A stretch of DNA of 64,000 nucleotides, from the IMG/VR virus record IMGVR_UViG_3300042482_000679. One strand, written 5' to 3'. Both the position numbers and the translations under genes were made by a program. Below the pieces are notes generated by a model. It had not been told where the DNA came from. It searched no databases and saw only the letters and a list, made by a program, of their open reading frames with translations. Source of the DNA: a virus. Positions 9,176 through 19,600 of the stretch are shown here, piece after piece. Every line of letters starts with the position of its first letter. Position 1 is the first letter of the stretch.

Positions 9176-12153
9176 TAGTTACAATTGATACTTAAGTTTA
9201 TGCAGACATTTAATTCTACCGAGTCTTGTAAATTCTGAGTCGCACAACTCAGATTTGTTATTGTCAACTTATTACCGTTTAGGGTATAAGTAAAACCATA
9301 TTGGAATAATTTGTATAAATTATCTATCAAGGTTGTTCTCCACATAAAGTTTGTTGGTGCATCGTTGATTCCATAACCCTGATAGAAGTATTGATTAATA
9401 ATTACCTGTCCCCCAATTTTTAACTCCAAATACCACTGAGAATTAATTGAGTTCTGAATACACTGTGTCAGTGTTAAACCTGACTCTGTCAAGAAATTAT
9501 CAACTCTGTTGTTCAATATGGACGTGAAACTTGAAACATTAGTATCTCCATTCAACCAAGGGTAAATAAAGAAGTCCACATACTCCGTATTACAATCGTA
9601 ATCGAAAATGTTTGTTGTGATGAAACAAGGTTCAGCAGGAACAGGAATGATTTGACAACCCCTTTGTCTTCTATAAACATATTTCTGTCTGTGGAAAATA
9701 GAGTTTTCTAATCTTGTTCCTGAATTCCAAATTGTTGTGGCGGGTATCATATTTTCAATCAACTTCATCCAATATGGACCTAACGAGTTTACATATTCAA
9801 TAAGTTTTTGATACGTGTATTTGTTGTTAGGTAATCCAACTGTCTGTTCTGATTGAAGGTATTTCCAAAATATAGATTGCAGTGTTAGATATCCGCCAGT
9901 CTTACCGTCACTTGAATACATCCTATTACGAGTGTTAATCATATTCTGCCAAAAAGTCTGAGCAAATTCAAAGAATGTTTTGCTCTGAGGTTGGGGGTCA
10001 ATAAACGTATCATCAACACCATATGGGAATATGAAATCGGCAGTAAATCCTGATGATGGAATTGGATAGTCGTATTTGTTTGACTGGTCCCAAACATCGT
10101 AAGTAAAACCTTGTCCAACGTTTAAGAATATGTCAACGTTTTTAACGTTAAGAACTAGCTTATCGTTATCGGTATAGTAATATGAATTAAAACCACCTTC
10201 AACTGAAACTCTTAACTTATTGTCATCATCTAACCAAGATTTTTTATTATCAACAACTTTAACAATTTTGAATCCCTCTTTCATATATGGGAATTGTTCA
10301 AATCTTTGAAGGTAAATTCCACCATAAGTGAAAGGTTGTAATTGTGTTTGGATATTGGTGTTGTCCCCCGTAAATGTTAAACCATTTAATTGTAATTCGT
10401 TAGGACTTCTGTGTTGTGGAGTTTGTTCATACCAACCAGCGCCTTCTTGGAAGAATGTTGAGTTTGTTCCCAATCCTGGTGTTGGTGCTTTAGGCCAACC
10501 AAAAATATCTACAGGATAATCATCCCTCAATATTGTCACATCATCATATTGTGTATTTGTTGTGTAGGCACTATACAAAACACCTTTCAATTTATAAGTG
10601 TTTGCACTATCTAAACTTGGTACCGTATTTACGTATGTTCCACCTGATAACTGAGCGAATTGCGTATTAAATTTCGCCATATCAATTCTTTGGTCAGCCA
10701 AGTAAACGTGCTCATTATAATCAATCAAAGCATCAGGCGCCCCAATTAATCTTAATAAGAATTCTACGGACCTTCTTGTTCCTTTAGATTTGAATAGGTA
10801 GGCAGAATTTAAAATAAGGTTTCTATAGAACTGATAGTTTAACTCTGTAGGTGTTAATGACGCCGCATAACCAGGGTATTCACTTATACCTGTATTACCA
10901 AATACAGAATCTAAAAAGTTTTCATTTGTAATTGGTGAGAAATTGTTAGACCATCCTAAAGTTTTTGATAAGTTAACCAATAACTGTGATGGAATATCGT
11001 TTTGAGGAACATAATTAACGTTATTCATAAATGCCAGTGCATCAATGAATTGTTTTATTTGGTCAAAACTTCTACCATATAGTTGTAAAACTTTTTCAAC
11101 TTTATGGTCCATAGTATCAAATTCTTTAATTGAATCCGTAACTAAAAATCTTGATATTAAGTTTGTTTTGAATGAATCCAAATACTCAGCCATATCAGCC
11201 AACTTGGCAAGATAAGTATCAAAAGATGCCGACCTAATGTCTAAGTTCCAAGGACCATCTTTTGGCCAAGTAACCGTGTCGTAAGCAGTATAAAACTGAC
11301 CCGCATCGTTCTGTCTTGGGACTTGGAAATTTGCAGTGTATGGTGGTTGGATTTGTCTATTAAGTAAGAATTTCTCAATCTCATCAAAATTCTCTAAAAA
11401 TACTTTGTCCGTAATATAGTCGTTTAACTTGACAAGGTAGTCGTCATATATTGTTGTTGCGGTTCCAAATGGTTGACCTGAAACAATCAGTTGAATCTGA
11501 CCTGAACTTAAACTTTGTGCTGGTGTAAATCCGATTACTTGATAATCAATTCCAGAGAACGTTAAAGCGTAATTCAAATATGACTTTGTCATATCTCGAT
11601 ATTCCGACGCAATAATTTCACGAGCGGCTAAATTTGTTGTCGCACTTACCGAAAAATCTATTATAAACGGATTATTAATTCTTTCAACAGGGATTTTAAA
11701 TATTGTTTCGTCTTCAACAGAATCATAAACAATATTTGTCGCCGTAGCGCCAGTTGTAAAATCTGTCATTAGATAATACACATCCAATGAAGCAGGAAAA
11801 AAATTAATTATCTTTTGGATTGATACTGAAAATCTTTTTGCCAAAGAACCATACAACGAAAAGTTTAATACTTGGGAGACATCGTAATTAGGATACACTC
11901 TGAATTGTGTTGCCTGTATTCTTCTACTCTCATTTAAATCGTTGATGTCTAACCCTTCCAAATTTATTGGTTCGGAAAAAGTTCCGATTGAAAAGGTTCT
12001 GTTAACTTTTTCGGTTACACTTGTTGTAAAGTCAAAAACAGCCGAGGTAAGACCTCCCCCATCAACAACTTGGAATCCAACGATGTTGTCAAAAGCACCT
12101 GTTCCATTTCCTGGTCTTGGTGGGTAAAAAAACTTGTTGCTGTTAATTGCCAT
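9175..12153 (-). CDS. Baseplate wedge protein (T4 gp7 / P2 gpI-like)
   Basis: LFKSKGTRRSVEFLLRLIG motif typical of gpI/gp7-like wedge proteins; located in the baseplate cluster. Confidence 0.6.
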   Translation of the reverse strand: MAINSNKFFYPPRPGNGTGAFDNIVGFQVVDGGGLTSAVFDFTTSVTEKVNRTFSIGTFSEPINLEGLDINDLNESRRIQATQFRVYPNYDVSQVLNFSLYGSLAKRFSVSIQKIINFFPASLDVYYLMTDFTTGATATNIVYDSVEDETIFKIPVERINNPFIIDFSVSATTNLAAREIIASEYRDMTKSYLNYALTFSGIDYQVIGFTPAQSLSSGQIQLIVSGQPFGTATTIYDDYLVKLNDYITDKVFLENFDEIEKFLLNRQIQPPYTANFQVPRQNDAGQFYTAYDTVTWPKDGPWNLDIRSASFDTYLAKLADMAEYLDSFKTNLISRFLVTDSIKEFDTMDHKVEKVLQLYGRSFDQIKQFIDALAFMNNVNYVPQNDIPSQLLVNLSKTLGWSNNFSPITNENFLDSVFGNTGISEYPGYAASLTPTELNYQFYRNLILNSAYLFKSKGTRRSVEFLLRLIGAPDALIDYNEHVYLADQRIDMAKFNTQFAQLSGGTYVNTVPSLDSANTYKLKGVLYSAYTTNTQYDDVTILRDDYPVDIFGWPKAPTPGLGTNSTFFQEGAGWYEQTPQHRSPNELQLNGLTFTGDNTNIQTQLQPFTYGGIYLQRFEQFPYMKEGFKIVKVVDNKKSWLDDDNKLRVSVEGGFNSYYYTDNDKLVLNVKNVDIFLNVGQGFTYDVWDQSNKYDYPIPSSGFTADFIFPYGVDDTFIDPQPQSKTFFEFAQTFWQNMINTRNRMYSSDGKTGGYLTLQSIFWKYLQSEQTVGLPNNKYTYQKLIEYVNSLGPYWMKLIENMIPATTIWNSGTRLENSIFHRQKYVYRRQRGCQIIPVPAEPCFITTNIFDYDCNTEYVDFFIYPWLNGDTNVSSFTSILNNRVDNFLTESGLTLTQCIQNSINSQWYLELKIGGQVIINQYFYQGYGINDAPTNFMWRTTLIDNLYKLFQYGFTYTLNGNKLTITNLSCATQNLQDSVELNVCINLSINCN

Positions 12154-13061
12154 TATCCTGTAATCGTCGTGAAGTTTTTAGTGAAATCAATGTTATTACC
12201 TCTATCTTGACGAACTTCATATAACAACGCATTAAATTGGTCACGAATTTCAAACAAGTTGTATTGTTTGTAAATGTTGTTTTGACTATCATACATTGTG
12301 TATACACCGTCATCAATAGATTTGGTTTGGTTACCGTAAAGGGCAATTGCAAGTGATGAGATATCGTATTCAACAATATCAATTTCAACTGTCACAGGAT
12401 TGAAGTAGGTATTTGTGATAATGATACCTTGTCCTGGCTGTCCAATAAATGGTGTTGCGTTAGGTTTATTTGTTGGTGATGAAGATGGTGTTACTGTTAG
12501 GAATAATAAATTTGTTACCCCATCAACATATCTATATCTAACCGCCTTTTGAGTTGTGTTTATTTGATTTGTAACCACAGGTTCACAATAAAAACAAGAT
12601 GTAACAATTCTAAAAAAGTTTGGTATTTTAGAACCATCAGCATTCAAATACTCAATTCTAAAACCTATAAGACCTTGTGGTACAAATTTATTTCTATATT
12701 GTGAAGGCACGTTATTTAGGTCTACAATAATACCTTTTACGTTAGGTAATGCACTAAGAACACCACAATCAGTAATTGTGGTTCTAATTTGTGCAGGTCT
12801 AATCATCAAAGTGTAGATTCCTATGTCAGTAAATTCATCTGCAGGTAATGTTAGGTTGTATAAACCTCCCAAAATCTCAACATTAGCATTTCCACCTGTT
12901 TGTTCATTATTGAAGTATGGTCTCAATATTGAAGGTGCGTCAAGGGTCTTGAGAACAAAATCCTCAGTCTCATCTCTCGATGGCGTGTAATTTAAGATTA
13001 TCTCAACATCTTCGGGTGAGACATCTGCCGGTCTAATCGTTCCGTATGTTCCAATTGCCAT
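12153..13061 (-). CDS. Hypothetical baseplate-region structural protein
   Basis: 302-aa ORF, translationally coupled to the next gene, with a TATTTAT motif upstream. Confidence 0.7.
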   Translation of the reverse strand: MAIGTYGTIRPADVSPEDVEIILNYTPSRDETEDFVLKTLDAPSILRPYFNNEQTGGNANVEILGGLYNLTLPADEFTDIGIYTLMIRPAQIRTTITDCGVLSALPNVKGIIVDLNNVPSQYRNKFVPQGLIGFRIEYLNADGSKIPNFFRIVTSCFYCEPVVTNQINTTQKAVRYRYVDGVTNLLFLTVTPSSSPTNKPNATPFIGQPGQGIIITNTYFNPVTVEIDIVEYDISSLAIALYGNQTKSIDDGVYTMYDSQNNIYKQYNLFEIRDQFNALLYEVRQDRGNNIDFTKNFTTITG

Positions 13062-13079
13062 TTTTTAGTTCTTATTTTA

Positions 13080-13086
13080 ATAAATA
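13080..13086 (-). promoter_or_regulatory. TATTTAT motif (putative late promoter)
   Basis: 18 nt upstream of ATG 13061. Confidence 0.55.
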
Positions 13087-13088
13087 GT

Positions 13089-14156
13089 TTATGCCTTTTT
13101 TTCTATGACAAAATATCCATATCCATAGTTAATCATATCACTTAAATTGTCTACCTCACCAATTCTTCTAACAGGTTCATATGCAGCAATCTTACCCCTT
13201 TCAACATATACATCTGTTGTTATTTGTGGTTGGTCAACAGATTTCATCAGTAATGGGTTTTTTATAATCGGTACCGCAGTGATATTATCCTCTGTAAAAC
13301 CACTACTATTTTCAAAGTATATTGTTTGTCCGTCAACATAATCATAGTAATCAACACCATTTACAGTGTATGCGGTATAAACAGGATTCATTTGAGTTAT
13401 TGCCCCAATAATCGCACCTTTTTGAATTACAGGAACCCCAATAATATATTGAACGTTTCCGTATTGTTCCAACATTTTTAATTGTGATGTTGTGTTACCA
13501 GAAACAACAAAAGGAACTTGTTCGTATGATTTTGTTTCTTGAGCCTCAATTGTGTTAATTGCGTCACCGCTAAAAATGTAATCATAACTAACAGGTGTTG
13601 CGGACCAACTACCACCTAATGGTTGGAAAAATGCTTTACCAAGTGGGTTGTAAATAACCGTATTTGAGAAAGGAACCTTAACATCTTTTTTAACAGTATT
13701 AATTCCAAATGGATTAGTCTGTTTCATTGTTATGGTATAACCAGAAGAGAACAAAGGATATGTATGTTGAAGTGTCCCTCCATTAAAATTTTCAATCGGG
13801 CTATTGTCTCCCCAATCAATAGTGTATTGAGAAAATTCCAAGAATTTTTTTAAGTCTGATGAGGTGTTATAAACAGTAAACAAATATGGATTTGCAGTGG
13901 TTGATGAGAATACAAAGTTTGTCGTTACATCTGATTGAAAAGCTGCTCCATCAAAAGGACTATAATATCCCATTTCAATGGTAGTGTCAGTTAACATAAT
14001 TGGGACGGTAAGTCCTGTCATTATTGACGTTCCATTTGGACCACCACTTAATACTTGGGACATACCAGAATAAACCCCATAAGTTTCACCATTTACGGTA
14101 ACTTGTGAAAGGTCAGACTTTATAAACTCAGGTGATACAACAAATCTATAATCCAT
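13089..14156 (-). CDS. PKD-domain structural protein
   Basis: YTIDWGDNS...LQHTY...YTITM is a PKD/Ig-like signature. Confidence 0.65.
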   Translation of the reverse strand: MDYRFVVSPEFIKSDLSQVTVNGETYGVYSGMSQVLSGGPNGTSIMTGLTVPIMLTDTTIEMGYYSPFDGAAFQSDVTTNFVFSSTTANPYLFTVYNTSSDLKKFLEFSQYTIDWGDNSPIENFNGGTLQHTYPLFSSGYTITMKQTNPFGINTVKKDVKVPFSNTVIYNPLGKAFFQPLGGSWSATPVSYDYIFSGDAINTIEAQETKSYEQVPFVVSGNTTSQLKMLEQYGNVQYIIGVPVIQKGAIIGAITQMNPVYTAYTVNGVDYYDYVDGQTIYFENSSGFTEDNITAVPIIKNPLLMKSVDQPQITTDVYVERGKIAAYEPVRRIGEVDNLSDMINYGYGYFVIEKKA

Positions 14157-14974
14157 TAGGGTGCAACATATTCATACCATTTTATCGGTGATGCCACCGT
14201 ACCAACTCTTTCAAAAGTTATTGTATCATACATTGTGTATGTTTGAGTCGGGTAATCCAAAGCCACTAAATAATAAAAATTAAATAATGAGTTAGGGCCA
14301 AAACTATTGGTTACTTGTTCTGATTGTGGTCTATTAACAAATCTTGTAAATGAACCGTCTTTTGCGTTCCAAAACTTACAAGAAACATAAAACTTATCTA
14401 TATCCAAATATGTTCGTGATTTCAACCAATAAATAAAATAACCGTCTTTATCTCCAACCCAATCCAAAACATAACTTGGTTTCATAATTGAAACATCCTG
14501 ACCTTGCATTACAGCAGGCATTTTCAAACCTTGGGTTACTGGTAAAATAACAGTTAAATAAATTGTTTGACCTTTATCACTTGGTGAGTTATAATAATCA
14601 AGTTTCCAAAATGAATTTTTAAAACCATTTGAAAAGTAATATACCTCATCCGTTGAGAAGTCATCGGCTCTGTAATCAACAATCCAGTTTTGTGTAGAAC
14701 CTGTCCCACTTATTGAGCCACCCGAAAAGAAATAAAAATCATAATTTAAACTGGTGTCATAAACACCTAAATTAGTATTGTTAACATCGGTAACACCTGA
14801 ATGTGAAAACCTATCAGTTTCAAAGTCTATAGGTCTACCAGCAACATCCCTATCAATTTCAGTTTGAATTGCATTGATTTCATTTTCGGTGTCGAGAAGT
14901 TCCCAATCCAATTGAACAGGTATATTTAAAATCCTGTCACTATTACGTGGTACGGTTAATGTTATTTTATTCAC
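14156..14974 (-). CDS. Hypothetical structural protein
   Basis: Aromatic-rich ORF. Probable GTG start at 14974 overlapping the upstream stop; the track start at 15001 is less likely. Confidence 0.65.
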   Translation of the reverse strand: MNKITLTVPRNSDRILNIPVQLDWELLDTENEINAIQTEIDRDVAGRPIDFETDRFSHSGVTDVNNTNLGVYDTSLNYDFYFFSGGSISGTGSTQNWIVDYRADDFSTDEVYYFSNGFKNSFWKLDYYNSPSDKGQTIYLTVILPVTQGLKMPAVMQGQDVSIMKPSYVLDWVGDKDGYFIYWLKSRTYLDIDKFYVSCKFWNAKDGSFTRFVNRPQSEQVTNSFGPNSLFNFYYLVALDYPTQTYTMYDTITFERVGTVASPIKWYEYVAP

Positions 14975-16661
14975 AGTCGTCAATAATTGGTTGTGCTCCA
15001 ATAGACACCCCTTGTATTATATCTTGATAATTACTTCCTTCTGGAATTAACTTGAATATAACACTCTCAAAAGGGTATTGAGCATTGTTTAAGAATGGGT
15101 AAATAACCCCTCTGTTATTATCATCAAACTCACCAACACTATACGGTTCTCTCCATCTGAAAAGATTATCAGATGATGAATAGAATGCATAATTAGGTAC
15201 GTCTTCAGTTATATCAGGAACACCTGTTTCAACATAACTTGAATACACTTTGAGAGTTGTTGGATAGTGAACTTTGTAATAATATCCACCCGTATTTCCT
15301 GTTGGTGAATCAACAGTTTTAAACACATCTTGATTGAATTTTATCTTTTGAATGTATGGTGATATCACTCTCTCAATTTGTTCATAATCATTCCACTCAC
15401 AAAAATCACCATCAATTAAATCACCAATATTTAAAACATTATTATAATAAAAAGTCTCTGTTGAACCATTTGTTTTTGTGTGGCTTGAAACGGTTATGTT
15501 AGTATCTGAATATGAGTTGTTATCGTCCCACCAAGAATTAATATCTTTAGTTATATTAAAAAACCATCCTTGTTTTAAACCACTATTATTAAATGGTTTA
15601 TTAAAATAACCGCTATAACCCTTATTAACTATCGATAAAAATATTTCAGGTAATGGTCTCTTTTGGTTATCAACAACACCATTCAAATCCAAGTCTTTTT
15701 TCATCGTAAAGTTATAATTTAACGATGATGTCTTTTTAGATACCCTATCTAAATTATTAGGCGTAATTGATGAAAATTCGTATTGTCTAACATTTTTAAA
15801 TGGGTTTAATTCAAAACCTGTTTTAGTAACATATATGTCTGATTCATTAGCCAATACTTTGTTTCTTCTTACATAATACTTTGACTTAGTTTCTAAGTTG
15901 TCAGGATTGGCAATTCTTTTAAATGTCCCTAAGGTACCATTACTAAAAGTTGTACCAGTGTATCCAACGTCAATTAAGTTAAAAATGTATTCACTACTAT
16001 TTGACTTCGAATCACCTAAAGAAAATACGTTAAAAACTTTTTGATTTCCATTATAGGTTAATGATAGTTCAACATAATCAGCAACCGTTAATCCGTGAGG
16101 CATAAAACATTGGAATGAGATTATATTTGCACCACCTTGTTTAGAATTAAATACCACAAATGGTATACCATCTTGGGCTTGGAAATTTAGAGTGTTACCA
16201 CTATAAGTCGCCTCCATATTTTTTGTATAATCATTTTCAGCTGCGTGAGTAATGTAATAAGTCCAATTGTATGTGTACGCGCTCTGTGCAACATAAACAA
16301 AATGATTATCATTAACATATGGTCTAAAAAAATCAAACTCATAATATTGTGGAAACCCTTTCCATATCCCAGAAAGTTTTGACTGTACCGCGTCAACATA
16401 AAAAAGATTATATTGGAATGGTAAATAATCTGTGGTTCCAGTGTAGGTGTTGTCGTATATGTAATCAACTTTAAATGTTGGTCGATAAGTTTCAGAAATT
16501 TCTCTTTCGTCTTCATATAATTGTGCAAGACTAATTGATGTGTTTCTAACGAATTGTATTAACTCTTTCTGCGTTTGATTTAAATCAATAGTAACTTGAG
16601 AGTCTAATATTGGTGCAGACTTAAAACTTAAACGTGATGGAACTATAGTAAAATTATTCAT
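14967..16661 (-). CDS. Hypothetical structural protein
   Basis: 564-aa ORF overlapping both neighbours in the baseplate operon. Confidence 0.7.
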   Translation of the reverse strand: MNNFTIVPSRLSFKSAPILDSQVTIDLNQTQKELIQFVRNTSISLAQLYEDEREISETYRPTFKVDYIYDNTYTGTTDYLPFQYNLFYVDAVQSKLSGIWKGFPQYYEFDFFRPYVNDNHFVYVAQSAYTYNWTYYITHAAENDYTKNMEATYSGNTLNFQAQDGIPFVVFNSKQGGANIISFQCFMPHGLTVADYVELSLTYNGNQKVFNVFSLGDSKSNSSEYIFNLIDVGYTGTTFSNGTLGTFKRIANPDNLETKSKYYVRRNKVLANESDIYVTKTGFELNPFKNVRQYEFSSITPNNLDRVSKKTSSLNYNFTMKKDLDLNGVVDNQKRPLPEIFLSIVNKGYSGYFNKPFNNSGLKQGWFFNITKDINSWWDDNNSYSDTNITVSSHTKTNGSTETFYYNNVLNIGDLIDGDFCEWNDYEQIERVISPYIQKIKFNQDVFKTVDSPTGNTGGYYYKVHYPTTLKVYSSYVETGVPDITEDVPNYAFYSSSDNLFRWREPYSVGEFDDNNRGVIYPFLNNAQYPFESVIFKLIPEGSNYQDIIQGVSIGAQPIIDDCE

Positions 16662-19600
16662 CTGCCAAATATTTTTCCTTAAATTTATCTAAAGCGCTGG
16701 CACCATTTATTAATCCAAAATAAAAATGATTTGGTGCACCAACTAAAAATGTTCTTGGGTAATTACCAGCGTTTAATGATAATAATCCATTGTTATCTAC
16801 ATTATAGATATAACCACGAGCATATAAATCATTGGTAAGAGCGTTTGAACCTAAGAAGTATGTTGGACTGACAGGGTTGGTTCTACTAAGTGACTGATAC
16901 TTGTATTGTTGTATATTTGAACCATCCGTTGCCCAGTTATTATTTTCACCTCCAAATATAGTATTAGAACCGCCAAATGTAGTTGTCCTCCACTGATAAA
17001 ATGGAACCGTTTGTGATTTAATACCATAAACATATTGATACGCGTTTGCAGTAGGATTAGGTCTAAAATTTATTCTACCAGGTGTTATAAAGTCTTTATA
17101 CTGAAGGTCTTCCGTTGTTGAAGAGAAAAACACCGCCATAACTGATTTAGAGCCCGGAGCACCTAAAATTTGAATCTCACTTGTTGATGTGTTACCAGTA
17201 CTTTCATATGCGTCGGGTGAAAATTTAACAACACCAAATTCAGAATTTATTGACATAAGTTGCGCCAAATCCCCATCAACTCTTCTTTCTTCTCTTGAGA
17301 ATAATTGGTTAACAACACCATTAGGATTACCCAATGTTAATAATTTACTTAAGTATTCAGAATTTGAAATTCTACTAACAACAAAGAGGTTAACTAAGTC
17401 TGAAGTGTCCCCATAGCTTGACGGTGTGATTTGATTTATCACGTATCCTCTCATACTTGGTTCTAAACTAAGCTCTGCGTAAATAAAATCTTTAGGTCCT
17501 AAGTTTATAACTGTTGTTGGGAATAATAAATTTCTAGTATTTAAAGAACCAGTCTCATTTAGAGGTGTTGGTATCTTACCAATAAATCTATTTATTGTTG
17601 CACTATATGGACTACTTCTCATATAGAAGTTAGCACTTGATTTATCATAGTAAACAAACTCCTTACAATATAATATTTCATCCAAAGTGTTATCACTATT
17701 AAAAATAGGTCTTGTTTGAATTGGTACCGTAAACAGTGTTCCGTTTATCCAGTTATTTGTAAAAGTTTGAGCTAAAACTCCTCTACATAAAGCGTAAAAG
17801 AATCTAAATCTTAGACCCCATTCTTTAAACGCCAATAAATCTTTGCGAATGGCAGCTCCATTAATTTTTGGTCCGTCAGGCATAATCACATAACACCCTC
17901 TTTCAACAACATCAGTTGCGGGGCAGTTAGGGTTTATACTAAATGTTGTTCCTTGATTCTCATAACAACTTAGACTAACCATATTAGCACAATCAAAACT
18001 TTCTAAAACGTTTGTACTTGCTGGTAAATCTTGGATGTCAGGTTCTACAGTTTCAAATCCCGTTGAGAAGTTTTCAGTTGTAAAATCTTCACTGTCGGTG
18101 TTTAAAACATATATCGCAAAACCATTGTTTTGTTGTAATACAGGGACAATAGAATCCCAACTTGACCCATCTAAATAATCCGAACTAGGTAGTCTATCAG
18201 TTCTCATAACATTATAAAACTTAGATTGAATATTGTTATTAAAACTTGTACCAGTAAATTTAGGTAATAGTGAAAAAGACAGGTATAATGAACTCGTGTT
18301 ATTAGGTTTCTCAGATGATATTGTATAGTAGTAATCACCACCCGATAAATCTTCTGAGTTATCATATCTAGCCCAATTTGGTGTCGAAGAATAACTGTTG
18401 TTTACACTATTAGTTGTTAATGATTGGGCTCCGCTAAGTGTTGGTCTGTTAAAGAATCCGGTTACAAACGAAAAATTACTCGATGCGTTCGGACCATAAA
18501 AATAAGTTCCAAAATTAGTAGATTTATCTAAACTACTATAGTATCCAACATTCTCTGATGTAAAACCTGAAAAGTCATTACCCGCTCTAAAAAATTTAGA
18601 TGGTATGAAAATCTCAGTTTGATTACTATGATTTTGAACTGAGATTGTTGATGAACTATTTAACGCTTGAATTGGTACATTTATTCTTGTTTCACCCGTA
18701 ATAATAATATCATTTTCATTCGGAAACCCAAGTATTTTACCAACCCCATACTTGTTAGTATATTTCGGTGAATATGGGTCAACACCTCTTTGTAATATCA
18801 GAACATATTGATTATCAAAATCACTAAAGACATCTCGTGTCTTTAATGTTTTAGTTGATAAATCACTACCATCACTGTTACCAGGCCAAGCTAAAAGATT
18901 TCTAGCGTTGTATTTTATAATTGTTGATGAGTCTAACATTTCAACAAACCCCCCATAACTTATTGGTGGTGGACAGTTACCAACAACTGTTATACTACCT
19001 TGGTCTATAGTTGGTGGTTGACACGCACAAATATCCATACTAATAGGGTCGTATCTTCCAAATCCATCATCAACTGTAGGACCTAACGATACTGTTTGAG
19101 GTGTGTTATTACAATCTATGTAGTTTATAGTTGTAGAAGTAGGTGCATTTGTATACGGTTCTATTGTTGTTATAGTATATGTTTGACAAGTAGAACAACC
19201 TTGAGATGCACTCAAGTTAAACGCCTCACTCATTGTGATTGCAGTGATAACTTGATAATACTCAATATCCATAGGATATTTGTAATTCGTTTCGGTTGAA
19301 CCTGTATTCAAATAGTAGGTAACACTACTATTTGTGAATTGACCTGTTGCGTAATCAATCTGTATCGGTCCTGCAGATGGAAATAAAGTTTCTCCTGAGA
19401 TACCAGTAATGTAAGCACCATCAAAAGTTTCTCCTGTGTATAGATAGTTAACGTCTTTACTGCTTTGTGGATTTACAAAAGTAAGTAATGTACCAGTTTC
19501 AAAATTAGTTGATGTTACAATTGTTAAGCTGTTGTCATAGTGATTTACACCCGTATTTCCGGTGTAGTTAAAACTGACACTCATTTTATTGATATCATCA